A stretch of DNA of 59,438 bases, counting the filler, from Dugesia japonica (Eukaryota), in assembly GCA_001938525.1 (NCBI GenBank). It is 6 parts of 6 records of this genome, joined end to end, with 100 filler letters (N's around TTAATTAATTAA, not from the genome) between each part and the next. Parts side by side here need not be neighbours in the genome. Positions count along the whole stretch, not along the records: positions 19,581 to 28,882 come from MQRL01648284.1; positions 28,983 to 38,448 come from MQRL01642512.1; positions 38,549 to 50,541 come from MQRL01634085.1; 3 more parts are not named here. One strand, given 5' to 3'. Of this stretch, positions 27,681 to 39,381 are shown piece by piece (the first letter of the stretch is position 1; each line of letters begins with the position of its first letter). The notes under the pieces were generated by a model. That model had not been told where the DNA came from. It saw nothing but the letters and a program-made list of their open reading frames with translations, and ran no database searches. The position numbers and the translations under genes are program-made.

Positions 27681-27859
27681 AAAGCAAAGAGAGGAATGTG
27701 ATATATTTAAATNNNNNNNNNNNNNNNNNNNNNNNNNNNNNNNNNNNNNNNNNNNNNNNNNNNNNNNNNNNNTTTGATTTGTTTTAATATTGCTATTTTA
27801 TAAAATATAATTTTAACTTGTTAAATATCTTATTATTTAATATCTAGATTTATATAACA
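27681..27859 (+). repeat. Polypurine tract (27681-27696) and 3' LTR (27697-27859) of Gypsy A
   Basis: AAAGCAAAGAGAGGAA directly followed by TGTGATATAT...TATATAACA inverted termini; the LTR contains an N gap. Confidence 0.7.
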
Positions 27860-27860
27860 A

Positions 27861-28013
27861 TACGTAACTCAACTTCCTAACTTAGATGATTTGAAGGAAC
27901 GTATTTTTGAAGCATCTAGAGTAGTAACAGTTGAAACATTGCAGAATGTTCGTCATGAATTTGGAAATCATTGCTTATTTCAAAATGGTGCTCAATTTGA
28001 ACATTTATTATAA
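27861..28013 (+). pseudogene. C-terminus of a Tc1/mariner-superfamily (DD37D/DD41D-like) transposase into which Gypsy A inserted
   Basis: YVTQLPNLDDLKERIFEASRVVTVETLQNVRHEFGNHCLFQNGAQFEHLL* matches the conserved VY..P....LK.RI...NG.HFEHLL terminus and begins right after the LTR. Confidence 0.75.
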
Positions 28014-28697
28014 GGTAATACTTTTTTATTTGCATAGCCGGACTGTTTTAAAATNNNNNNNNNNNNNNNNNNNNNNNNNNNNNNNNNNNNNNNNNNNNNN
28101 NNNNNNNNNNNNNNNNNNNNNNNNNNNNNNNNNNNNNNNNNNNGATGAAGATTCAGAACATAATACATTATTTTTCTTTCATTATTGACATTTACCTGTG
28201 TTACAATATTTATTACAACACTAAAAACAAAGATAATGCACAAATTAAACATTTTTTAAAATCGTCTTGAATCTTGCGAACTGTAAAATTTTTCACGAAG
28301 GGTCACATAAGGCCACCTCCTGGCATAAACAAAGGTTAACAGCATTTTAGTGAAATTTAGTCGATTTGATTTACCAGTATAATTTTGATACATACAAACA
28401 CAAACACACATACATATGTGTGTGTGTATTACATAATGTAGTTAATAAGTTATATCAATAAGAGAACAACCTTTTTATTAGAGAAAATATGATTAACGTT
28501 CAGTCAAAATAAAAAAGGAATAAAGCATTAAATAAAACCCGAAAAAATAAATAAAAAATACATAATTATTTACTACTAGCTGACAAAACCGCACTACAGA
28601 GTATTGATATGTATTCAACAGTGAAACCGGATTACCCTTAATTTTATTTGGAAGGTTTGAGCATTACCAGAACGGACATGATAGCGACTTGCAATCA

Positions 28698-28833
28698 TTA
28701 TTGGGGAGCAACTTTCAATAAATCTGTTCGAGCAGCTACAAGTAATTTAAAAGCATCATCACTACCCGGAGCGATATTTTTATCTGGATGAAGAATCACA
28801 GCAAGTTTTCTATAGGCACGATTGATGTCATCT
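28698..28833 (-). CDS. DNAJC27: Last coding exon of DNAJC27/RBJ (Rab-like GTPase with C-terminal J domain); upstream exons are off the scaffold
   Basis: TTCCAG acceptor, then (R)[47 protein letters not shown] motif and close match to the DNAJC27 C-terminus (AYRKLAVLLHPDKCVAPGSEDAFK..ARTALLK). Confidence 0.8.
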
Positions 28834-28882
28834 CTGGAAATAAATAAATTGTGTTCAATGAGAAGATTCTCTTTTTCGTTGA

Positions 28883-28982
28883 NNNNNNNNNNNNNNNNNN
28901 NNNNNNNNNNNNNNNNNNNNNNNNNNTTAATTAATTAANNNNNNNNNNNNNNNNNNNNNNNNNNNNNNNNNNNNNNNNNNNN
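28883..28982. other. Artificial scaffold spacer N44-TTAATTAATTAA-N44
   Basis: Same structure as the other spacers. Confidence 0.95.
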
Positions 28983-29269
28983 AAGTTTGTTATGCATTCG
29001 GGCCAGGCGGACCACGATTCGGCATTGATATAAAATTAAATGGACAAAAAGTTAACACACTTCTAGATACGAGATCAACACTATCCATAATAAATAATAG
29101 CAGTTTATCCAATGAACAACGAAAAGAGAAACTTATCAGCGATCATACAGCTAGAGCAGTAGATTGAGTATCAGTCAATTTAATCGGAATATTACCCTGT
29201 GAGGTATCTTACAAGGGAAAAACAGTATTACACTTTTGACAACAAGAGAGTTTCAAGATAGTAGGGTAA

Positions 29270-31013
29270 CAATGTCAAAAGGTATTTTTCCGTATAATTA
29301 TAAAACCAGTTTGCAAGTTCTGGTTGAGACAGTTGAGATTCCATTAATATGGGATGATGTGAAGGAGGAAAATACAACAAGGCAATCAAGATGTGGAGAA
29401 TAATGGGTTGTCAAAATTTGTTAGATTATATGATGATTTATCTAAAGCTTGACATGTTTCTGTTAGCGGACTTCTTTCAGCAGTTTAGAAGAAAATCATC
29501 GTCTCATAATAGTCTGGAGCCCCTGACTTTTATCGGAATACCAGGGATGAGTTGGACATCATCGCTGATGCCATTAGATGAGCCAATGAAACTGTTAAAA
29601 GATAATGAAATGTACACCTTTGAAGGGGGAGTTAGAGGAGGGCTAACATTTGTCAACAAACCTCATGTTGCCTCCAATGAAAACACAAACCTATTATATA
29701 TCAACATTAATAATCTGTATGGGTGGGCATTAAGCCAGAAGCTGCTCTATGCGGATTTCGAGTGGGTTCACAATGGATTAAATGAAATTTTGGAAGAATG
29801 TAAGATGGCGGACCTTGAAACGTTGCCATACAGATACTCATTGGAGGTGGATATGATGATTCCATCATAAACACAGGATTATCTAAACAATCTCCCAGTA
29901 GTAGCGGAACACTAAAGCGCTCCAGGAAGTAAAGTGAAAAAATTAATGTTAACACATTATCCGAAGAACAACTACATCATTCACTGGAGGCTGCTACAAA
30001 GGTATATACAGTTAGGTGTGGAGGTTAGAAAGATAGACAGAGGAGTTCAGTTTAGACAGGGACAAATTTTCAAAAAATATATCGATGCGAATACCAAACT
30101 GCGGTCAGAATCTGAAACCGAATTAGATAAAAATTATTATAAAATGCTCAACAATAGCCTATATTGGAAAACGGTTGAGAACCTAAAGAAACGAATAAAT
30201 TTGCACTTGTGTAATTCAGCCAAGAAGTTAATAACATATGCATTGAAAGCTGGATTTCAAAAATCAATAAAAATGATGATGATCTGATAGCTGTTCTTCT
30301 CAATAAGGAAATTGTATGTTTATATCGTCCGAGCTACATTGGACAGACGATACTTGACTTCTCAAAGTTAAGAATGTACCAACTACAGTACATCGAGTTG
30401 GAAAAGGATCGTCAAGAAGAGAATTGTAAAAAGGGTATTGTAGCTTGCAATACGGATAGCCTTTTCCTCGAAGTTGCAGATATAAGTTTGGAAAAGCTAA
30501 CCGGTATGATGCTGAAGGATCAGTTGTTGGACACCTCAAATTACAACACAAGCCACCCCCTTTACAGTAACAGTCCCAACTCTGCTATTAGAAAATTTTA
30601 GGATAAAAGTAAAGGAGTTAAGTGCAAAGAATGGATTATATAGCCTTTTGAGTGATAAAACAACAATGAAGGCAAAAGGCATAACAATAAAGAATAGTAA
30701 TTTAAAACATCAGTCATACCTTGNNNNNNNNNNNNNNNNNNNNNNNNNNNNNNNNNNNNNNNNNNNNNNNNNNAGTGATAAAACAACAATGAAGGCAAAA
30801 GGCATAACAATAAAGAATAGTAATTTAAAACATCAGTCATACCTTGATTGTTATGAAAATAATTTGCCAGTTTCAATAGATTAATTTAGAATTAGTTCGA
30901 TAAACCACCAGCTATATAGTTTTAAAAACAAAAAAGTCGCACTCACTAATAACGACGATAAGCGAGTGTGGACTAAAAAAACATATCAGTACTATATTGG
31001 CATTACACATTAA
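29270..31013 (+). pseudogene. Protein-primed family B DNA polymerase (Polinton/Maverick or beta-adintovirus type), disrupted
   Basis: KGIFPYNY, YLKLDMFLLADFFQQFR (exo III), GGVRGG, YININNLYGWALSQ (motif A), YKMLNNSLYWKTVEN (motif B), NTDSLF (motif C), KAKGI and NDDKR; several stops and frameshifts. Confidence 0.9.
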
Positions 31014-31429
31014 GTAGCATAGTAGTATCTTCCCTACATATAGACAAAGAAGAAATGATAGTTGGTATATTTTTTATATTAGCATTAATGTTACTTATAA
31101 TTTTAACTTTAGATCTCAATTGTATATGAATACAATCAATGTCCTCCGTCAAATTTATAAGTTCAAAATGATTTATTTATTTTATTACGTAAATTTCATT
31201 TTTAATATAGTTATACCGAAAAAATGTAAAAAGAAAAAAAATTAAAAGAAAATCAAAAGAAAATTGCAAATATTTTAATAAAACCTATTTCTTTATTTTT
31301 TTCTTTATTATTTCAACCTATCTATTTGTTTCTTTTTTTTCTTAAATAAAAAAAAGTAAAATAAATTCCAACTTTTAAAGTAAAATCTATTTAAAAAACT
31401 TTTATTTTTTATGAGTTTCGGACTCTTTA

Positions 31430-31975
31430 TTAAGACAAACAGGATCTAAAATAAATTATGAAAAACATATATGTAATAATAATAAATTTACCTGCATAGT
31501 TATCCAACTTACAACCTTGAATTTCGCTTAATGCCTCCGCCTTAGCAATTAAGTTCAAATCATCCAATATTTGATTTTTTACTTGTTGAGGAATTCTAGG
31601 GACATTTAATTTTATCATTTTCTTTACTGGTTATAAATATCTTTCGTTATATGTCGAAACTGCTTTTGTTTCTAGCACTATCCCTATCGAATTTGTAAAT
31701 TTACCAAGAAGAATGTTTTCTAATTTGTCCGAGTCGAATGACATTTTTTCTTCCTCATCATTATATTTTGTACATATATCGAGAGAGTCTAAAATTTGGG
31801 CTTGAATTGTAGCCATAAGTCCATCTTGGATTTTTTTCTCCAATTCCCAGGGTTTCAAAATTAATTCGGAGTTAAAGATTTTGGCAATGTGGTTAACAAA
31901 ATTGTTTAATGGATATCTTTTATCCATTTTCGTTCTTCTTGCCACCTTGCATGTTTTCAAATACTTAAAGTTCAA
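31430..31975 (-). pseudogene. Unknown ORF(s) inside the Polinton-like relic
   Basis: Two adjacent ORFs (114 and 62 aa) of coding-like composition between polB and the small Polinton ORF; no motif recognised. Confidence 0.35.
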
Positions 31976-32776
31976 CGTACAGGTACCCCTTGTTTTTGTC
32001 CATATTGTTGGAAGTTTGAATTTGTATTTTATATCTACCTATTTATATAATCAATGTGGTAAAATGTGTCAAATTGTGTATAAATTACACATATATTAAA
32101 TGACTATGTATATAATAAATGTAGCATAATTAGTGACTAGGCTTACTCTATTAAATATTTTCTGGTAAAATATGGGAAAATTTGGCAAAATATGAGAAAA
32201 TTGGGCAAAGTCAGGCAAATCAGGGTAAAATCATGGTAAACTTTGATTATAGATTTAATATCTATTACAAAACAATCATAGACTTTGTTCCAATAGCTTT
32301 CTTGATTCCAATTTTGAGTTAGTTTCTTTAGATTTTTAAATTTACTTTCCAAAATGGTTTTTATAATTTCTAATAAATTAATTAATATAGTTAATAAAAA
32401 TAAACCATACCTTTCCCTTCAGTATATATAAATTCATTGTTTTCAGAATCAACATACCAATTTTAATCATCTGATTTTTCTACAAAATTTAAATATTCTC
32501 TTTCGTCTTCGCTATAATTAGGCCATGATTCTTTTTCCATTAAATTTCTAATTTGTTTGCTCATTATTCTTATATATTCTAATAATAATTCGATTTAGTT
32601 TATAGTTTCTGAAAACTAATATTATAAGTTTAATTGTTTTAATACAGTGTTTGCATGAGATGAAAAACTTTAAAATTTATTTAAATAATAATAACAATAA
32701 TCATTATAATAATTATCAAACCTTTTTCAAAGACATATTAATCTTCAATATACTCTTCATATTTTTACACATAGAT

Positions 32777-33073
32777 TTATTGTATTTGAAAGTTTGATAA
32801 ACCTAATACAGCTAATGATATTGGTAGTAATGTTGCTATAAAACCACAATCTTCTTCATTCAAAACATTTTTTATTTACAATTGTTAACAATGTCTTTTT
32901 ATGTTTCTTCAATGCTTTTGTTCTTATTTCGCTTAAAATTACATTACCACGAACAATATTTATAATAATCTCGAGAAAATCATCTATAACAAATGATGAA
33001 AATGATTGGAGAATTTTCATTCTTTTCTATCTATCAATGCATTAAAAAATGAAAGACTTCTCTCTAAATTCAT
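32777..33073 (-). pseudogene. Small basic Polinton/adintovirus-type protein with hydrophobic C-terminus
   Basis: MNLERSLSFFNAL..FLEIIINIVRGNVILSEIRTKALKKHKKTLLTIVNKK..(fs)CGFIATLLPISLAVLG, resembling the Polinton ORF pattern NIL.GNVPL..LK.HK..L..L..GGFL..LL. Confidence 0.6.
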
Positions 33074-33519
33074 TTGCATTTGAATAGATAAAATAAAATT
33101 GTTTATTAAATATTCATTGTCTATTGTTTAATATTCCATGAGGAATCACTTGAATTTTCATTGTTTTAAATAAATTTTTAGTCATTTATTGGTTGAAATG
33201 TTTCTTTCTTAATTTATCTCTTTTAACCTGATTTACCATATTTTTGCTCTATTTTGCCCTATTGTCGACAATTTTCTATATTTTCCCCTCTTTTGCCTAA
33301 TTTCCCTAATATTTTGCCAGATTTTCTTTGTATTTATGTATTAAGTGTCAAATGATAAATCAACCAAATGATAAACTCATGGTTGATTTTATTGAATAAA
33401 TGATTAAGTCCATTAATATTTGAGTTCAATATAGAATTCAACATGAAAATAATAGTACTATCTTATGAAATAGAGGTATTCTTTGAAATAAATTCCTTCA
33501 CTTTTTGCCTTCATATTTG

Positions 33520-33615
33520 CTTGATCCTAGACATCCAACTGAGATCGTCTCAAGGTAGACATTCCAATTTCGAAGATTACGTTTGATCTCTTCCTTGAGC
33601 GTTGTGTATTTCCTG
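33520..33615 (-). pseudogene. Possible fragment of a non-LTR retrotransposon restriction-like endonuclease C-terminus
   Basis: RKYTTLKEEIKRNLRNWNVYLETISVGCLG resembles the K..KY..L....V...I.VG.LG motif; short and isolated. Confidence 0.35.
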
Positions 33616-33644
33616 ATATTGTTGTTTATATATTGTTGATTATA

Positions 33645-34305
33645 GGTTAATATATTTGGAATCAGCAAAGAATCTTCTATCGAATAGATACTTTGTAAAC
33701 CTATTTGAGAAGGAAAATAATTTTGAAAACTTTTTATTTGTGAAAAATGATTGCAGTAAAATTCTCAGCAGTTTGGTATAAAAATCTTTGAAATCTGAGA
33801 TATAGAACATATATTTTTAAAAATGTGTGAAAAAATTTCATTTAAAAAATTTCATATTATGTAAGCAACATAGGCTGCTCACCTGGATCTCATAAAGAAT
33901 CTTATAAAAAATTTTTAAAAAACTTGAAAATTTAAACAAATATAACATTTTACACGAATTTCCTTAAAAATCATCCAAGCTGACTAATTCTGAGGAAAAA
34001 TTAGACCAAATTCACCTAAACTAGTCAAAAATTGACCACATTCTATCTCACCGAATAAATTCACAACTAAATACACAAAAAAATTTCTTCCGCTTAAAAA
34101 GCCTAAAAAATTCTCCCAACTAAATACACATGAAAAATAAAAATACTTACTTAATCCGATTACGTAAATTTCTCGACGATGAAATTAATCTTGCACACAT
34201 AAATTTTGTTCGTCGCCTATTTACATTAAAAAATACTGGATCACTTATGTAATAAGCCGAATTCGTAAAGGGGGAGAGGATTATCCAGTCCACTACTATC
34301 TATCT
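33645..34305 (-). repeat. Probable right terminal repeat of the Polinton-like element, ending ...CTACTATCTATCT
   Basis: Homologous in inverted orientation to 6795-8140 with the same simple-repeat AG end; lies downstream of the polB cluster. Confidence 0.55.
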
Positions 34306-34809
34306 ATTAATTTCATTAGAATAAATAAATACTTCATATAATTGTTGATGTGAATAAAAATAAAATTTATTTATAAAATATAAGTAATATATTTAAAACA
34401 AATTATTATTCAATCTATATCTTGAGAGGTAACAGTAATTAACTTAATAAAAAAACTGTTATAATAATTTTAGCATGTTTTATTGAGAAACCAACCAAGA
34501 TATTACTGGGGACTTAATTTATACCCTTTGCAAATATAATATTAAAACGTATTGAAAACCTTATAAGAGTCTCTTGGTATTTTATTTATCTTGAAGAAAT
34601 CTTCTTCGCGATAAAGTAGTGGGTTATAATAATGAATTTACCCTTATGATATTAAAAATTAATGAAAGAAAAACTAAATAACTTCTTTGCAAAAAACTAT
34701 TGAACAATCAATTACTTAACGACTTGTAACCACAAGTGTTATTATAAGATTTTCTCTCTCTCCTTTTTTTATTTTTGTTAATCATATATATATATATATA
34801 TATAAAATT

Positions 34810-35009
34810 TGAATCAAATTGATCCGATTTTTTGACAATAAACAACACAAACAACACACGGATCGAACTGGTTCAGTTTTTAAAAATAATAATAACACTA
34901 ATGAACAGATCAAATTGATCCAATTAACAAACAAAATAATCGTAATAATAACAATGAAACTAACGGATCAAAGTTTCAAGATAATTATAAAATAATAATA
35001 ATAAAAAAA

Positions 35010-35040
<31 letters not shown>

Positions 35041-35338
35041 TTTGGATCAAATTGTTATCGGTTTTTGAAATAATAATAACAATAATCTCGGATCAAAATT
35101 TTTGACAAGTAATCTGGCCCATTTTTTGCCAGATCAATTAAGAAATTTTAATTATAATAATGATAATGATAATTAATAATAATGAAAATAATAATGAAAA
35201 TAATAATGATAATAATTATAAATCAATCAATAAATAATAATTTACATAATTTAACAAAANNNNNNNNNNNNNNNNNNNNNNNNNNNNNNNNNNNNNNNNN
35301 NNNNNNNNNNNNNNNNNNNNNNNNNNNNNNNNNNNNNN

Positions 35339-35371
<33 letters not shown>

Positions 35372-35390
35372 TAATAATAATAATATATAT
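34810..35390. repeat. Degenerate GATCAAA-anchored repeats merging into an AAT microsatellite
   Basis: GATCAAA-like cores at ~34812, 34861, 34908, 34967, 35045 and 35091, each followed by AAT/AAC-rich spacers. Confidence 0.7.
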
Positions 35391-35427
35391 TTTAGACCAG
35401 ACAATTTTATTATAGTCAACCGATAAG

Positions 35428-35784
35428 TCACGAAGGAGGAGTTGATACATCCGGTACGGGTGCGGTATTTTCGGAATCTTCACTGCCCGAGGGCTCCCTT
35501 ATGCCTCAGAGCAGGTTAGTAATGAAAGCCTGTACCGCGGGAGCTGGAGTTGGGGTGTGAGGCTGATAATAAAAAGAAGTCGCCAGAGTGCGATCAGGAC
35601 CTGTCCAAGCCTGTTATCGTTGACGCTCGCCATAATCTCTGATGTGCTCGTCGATGGATTCCACCGGAGGCAAATTAGACCTGTCACCCAAGATTCCCGC
35701 GTCCCGATTGTGAGAGTTGTGATATCGTCGAAAGATTATTCGACGACTTCTTCTGTCCACTACCCTTTCCCATTTGAATTTCAT
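35428..35784 (-). pseudogene. Unknown ~118-aa protein MKFKWERVVDRR..., copy 2, with two internal stops
   Basis: Frame continues through the stops: QAWTGPDRTLATSFYYQP..QAFITNLL*G..DSENTAP. Confidence 0.65.
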
Positions 35785-35926
35785 CTCTGAGAATAACAAA
35801 AGAATGGTAAACTCACATAACAAAGTATCAAGATGTAATAAATAATTTATTTTTAAATAGTTAATACACACAAAAGAAAGAAAAAAAAATCTATTTATTG
35901 TCATAAGGGTCTCAATAAAACAAGAG

Positions 35927-36109
35927 TCATCCCTCGTCCAAGTCCACTTTCCTCTCCAAAGGAAACATCTCGGCGAGACAATAAAGGTCTGTTTCATATG
36001 GGTGCTCAATTTTCCCTTTTGTCAGCATATGAGCCAACAACTGCATGGACCGACTAGTTCGACGCTGCTTTTTTATCCAACGCAGGACACGGAGCAATTC
36101 CGTCGGCAT
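35927..36109 (-). CDS. Small unknown protein MPTEL... (60 aa), copy 2
   Basis: Intact, aligns without gaps to 24533..24715; TTTCTTTCTTTAG acceptor 2 nt before the ATG. Confidence 0.65.
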   Translation of the reverse strand: MPTELLRVLRWIKKQRRTSRSMQLLAHMLTKGKIEHPYETDLYCLAEMFPLERKVDLDEG

Positions 36110-38116
36110 GGCTAAAGAAAGAAACTATTAATCGCATTGTTTATCTCAACACGCGGTTCCCAAAAGCAAATGGTTTTTCTTGGAGGACATTATTATTAAG
36201 GGAATTATAACCAAGTATCAGTGGCGTTTAAGAAGACGTTCAATTAAGACCATAATAATCTAAGTAACATAATAATAATCTTTACGACACATATCGACAT
36301 GACCCTAAATAGTAGCACAATTATTGTGATAGAACTACTATTAATAAAATTTATTCTTTATAATTGCGTGAAAACATAGTGATAACTTTGATATCGAACT
36401 ACAACCATCCTAGTTCCGACCATTAATCCCTTGAATAATTTTATATATAAGGCTGTAATCCATGATAATGTAAGGTGAATACTGATTTGTTATAGGTGGA
36501 TAAAGTAAAAATTTTTATAGACGGCTTTTTACTAATAATATCTCTAGTAAAAGTAATAATAAAAACCCATAAAATTACTATTAATAATCATAAAATAAAG
36601 TACCATGATTAAATTAAAGATTTCATTATATTTAATATTTTAAATTTTTTCACGTTATCGTTACATAGCGACGGTTTCCTTAGTAAACTGGTCATTACCA
36701 AATTTTTCCAAGTTTCTGTGCGTGAACACCACTTCCTTATAAGTGTGTATAAGAATCTAATTTATACATAAATACCAAATTGATGCCATGATTATCTCAG
36801 GGAATCTACACACACCATCCCATGATTCGGCGATTAATGCTAATTCTGTCGTTATTTCCAATTTAATCACTATCACTATTAGAAAATAAGATGTTTATTT
36901 CGACTCTAATAGTGGATTTGGTGAAACATAAAAGAAAAGGAGTTTCATGAACGAGTGGAAATTAGCTGAATAGAGTGTGTTACCCTCCGATACCTGACTA
37001 TGGAGATTCTTGAATTGAAAATCAACCGAGGTAAAATATATATATTTTTTAATAAACGGTTGAAATCTTAGTTTCTCTTTTAATCATAATTCAGTAAAAA
37101 GAAAAAAAACAAAATTGTTCATGTTTCTAGTTGATGGTGAACCGGTAATCTAATTGTGGTTCAATGGTTTAGCTTCATCATTTTTTCTCGTGCGCATCAT
37201 TTTCATTTTAACGAGCAAGGGGCGGAACATGCCTTCGTTTTTCTGTTTTCTGTAATTCACTAACTAATGGATCGAAAATTTATAATACCTAATTTATCAT
37301 TTAGATAAACTATCTGTTATACTTAAGATCTTTGGTAACAAAATCACAAGTTAAGATTTCTAACATCGATACATTTATTGAAGTATTAATATTTAAATTT
37401 TTTTAGCATAACATTTTTTACAATCAAAATAAAACTTTACTTTTTTAGAACAAATTTAGGAATTTCTTCAACAGTTCAAAAGGGATTGCCGATGCTAAGT
37501 GTATTCTTTATTTGAGTAATGGTTTTCTTTGGTGGTGATTCTCTTGTCCTTGAAATAATGTTAATCAATACTCAATGAATAGTAATTTNNNNNNNNNNNN
37601 NNNNNNNNNNNNNNNNNNNNNNNNNNNNNNNNNNNNNNNNNNNNNNNNNTAGCTAATAAGAATATGTCGTTTGTTAGTTAGTTTGTTAGTTTGTTTGCTA
37701 AATTCCGGGGGGTTTTTTATACAATATCTAAGACACCCCGACTTGTTTGCCATTGGTCAGTTATTTTTAACACATTTCCATTGGCGTTGCTGCTACTTCT
37801 CTGAAATTTTGTAGAGTTTTCTGTGATTCCGTTGGTCCTTATTTTTGGATTATCAGGTGAGCTTTTTTCAGGTTCTCATTGGCTCAATCTTCCAACACTT
37901 GTGACGGTCCTCCTAATGGTCGCAACGTTTTCGGACTAAGAAATTTTGTGGCCCGATACCAATCTTGATTCAAATTCTCTTTCTCCGAGTACTTGTGACT
38001 TTCTGGGGTAAAGTTATTTGAAGAAAACGGATTTGGGTTTCATTTTCATTGAATTTTTCCGCTTAAATAATTGATATGTTCTTATAGTAGGGAGCTTAAA
38101 CTAGTTAAGCTTAAAC

Positions 38117-38448
38117 CAGTGGCGCACTTTGATTTAAGCAGTTATCGAGGGGGACCCCCCACCGCCGGAGGGGGGGGGGCTAGGAAACACATTACGCTTG
38201 ACCAGCGTTTTTTAACTATGATTTTTGGGTTGGTTTTTTTTTCTTAGATTTTTGGGATCAAAGAATTTTTGATCGGGTCAAATTTTTTTTGAGGAGGGAT
38301 TTTTTTTAATTGTTATTTTTTGGCGGGGAATTCAAAAATTTTTTGGCGGGAAATTCAAAAATTTTTTTTTGGCAGGAAATTTAAAAGTAATATTTTGGTT
38401 GGAAATTTAAAGTTTTTTATTTCAATCAGGGGAAATCTTTTTAATATA
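38117..38448 (+). mobile_element. End of a CAGTGGCG-type non-autonomous DNA element with ~22-bp subrepeats
   Basis: Starts CAGTGGCGCAC; TTTTTGGCGGGAAATTCAAAA-like unit three to four times at 38316-38412; truncated by the spacer. Confidence 0.45.
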
Positions 38449-38548
38449 NNNNNNNNNNNNNNNNNNNNNNNNNNNNNNNNNNNNNNNNNNNNTTAATTAA
38501 TTAANNNNNNNNNNNNNNNNNNNNNNNNNNNNNNNNNNNNNNNNNNNN
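38449..38548. other. Artificial scaffold spacer N44-TTAATTAATTAA-N44
   Basis: Same structure as the other spacers. Confidence 0.95.
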
Positions 38549-39381
38549 TATTATTCGTATCCACAATAATTTTATCAATTGTTTCGTAAGAAATTAACAA
38601 TTTAATTTTTTGATCTAATCAATGTTTTTAAAATATAAACGCTATACGTCTGTTGCTAAAATAATCATAGGAATGCTTTTTATAATTTTGCTCTCAGGTT
38701 CTGGATTTTTTGTGGTACCCCAAAGTGGCAGAATTTTGTCTTTATAATATTGATAGTTTTTGTTGTATTTGTCCGAGTTTTGATTTTTTATCCTATAGTT
38801 CATATGTGAATTTATATTCACCGGTTTATAATCTATTTCTTTAATCGCGCTTTGAGTAGGGTTAGGTATTTTATAGAATTTTGTNNNNNNNNNNNNNNNN
38901 NNNNNNNNNNNNNNNNNNNNNNNNNNNNNNNNNNNNNNNNNNNNNNNNNNNNNNNNNNNNNNNNNNNNNNNNNNNNNNNNNNNNNNNNNNNNNNNNNNNN
39001 NNNNNNNNNNNNNNNNNNNNNNNNNNNNNNNNNNNNNNNNNNNNNNNNNNNNNNNNNNNNNNNNNNNNNCGGAAGCGCGAGTTACGAAATCAAATCCTCC
39101 AACCCAATTAATAGTAGTTACATATTTAGAGCTAGGGTTTTATCCGGTATGTTCGATGTACTTGCCTATACCATTAAATAATCCCCTACTGTTATATACA
39201 GGTATGTAGGTCTATAGAAGGTGTTATGTGGAGGAATTTCAAATGTATATTTATGTGAATATATACCTATTTCTATCGTAGGCCAAGAGCCTTTCCTAGG
39301 TGATAAATACGTGAAGTCTGCTGAACAGCTTGTTATAATCGATAATAATATTAGTGACATGATTGGTAATGAATTTTGTGA

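Larger units (their letters stand above)
19581..27859 (+). mobile_element. Degenerate Ty3/Gypsy LTR retrotransposon A (5' end beyond the scaffold edge), interrupted at 23046-26649
   Basis: Two Gag Zn-knuckles (~19677-19770), protease LFDTGAD (20101), RT (PSTSP*NCPIVVV, MCIDYRALN, MPFGL, IDDV), RNase H (LTEPPVLA, KKELL), IN Zn-finger (YYWPCM..CKQC), IN core (FGIPSRIHSDCGSNF, GLVER), GPF motif, PPT and LTR. PR-RT-RH-IN order; many stops and frameshifts. Confidence 0.92.
35428..38045 (-). mobile_element. Diverged second copy of the multi-ORF TG...CA element family; termini not identified
   Basis: Collinear with 24035-26310: MKFKWERVVDRR ORF (35784), MPTEL ORF (36109), AT-rich segment, similar non-coding block (36670-36730 vs 25365-25440), MANK vs MAKK ORF start, NPFSSNNF vs NPFYPNNF. 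Confidence 0.75.

Noticed and set aside
30650-30843. Tandem duplication within polB (SDKTTMKAKGI..)
   Set aside because: Exact repeat flanking an N gap; scaffolding artefact.
34306-38045. Small-ORF cluster as part of the adjacent Polinton
   Set aside because: It lies beyond the probable Polinton end at 34305, and its homolog occurs elsewhere with its own TG...CA ends and a 4-bp rather than 6-bp TSD.
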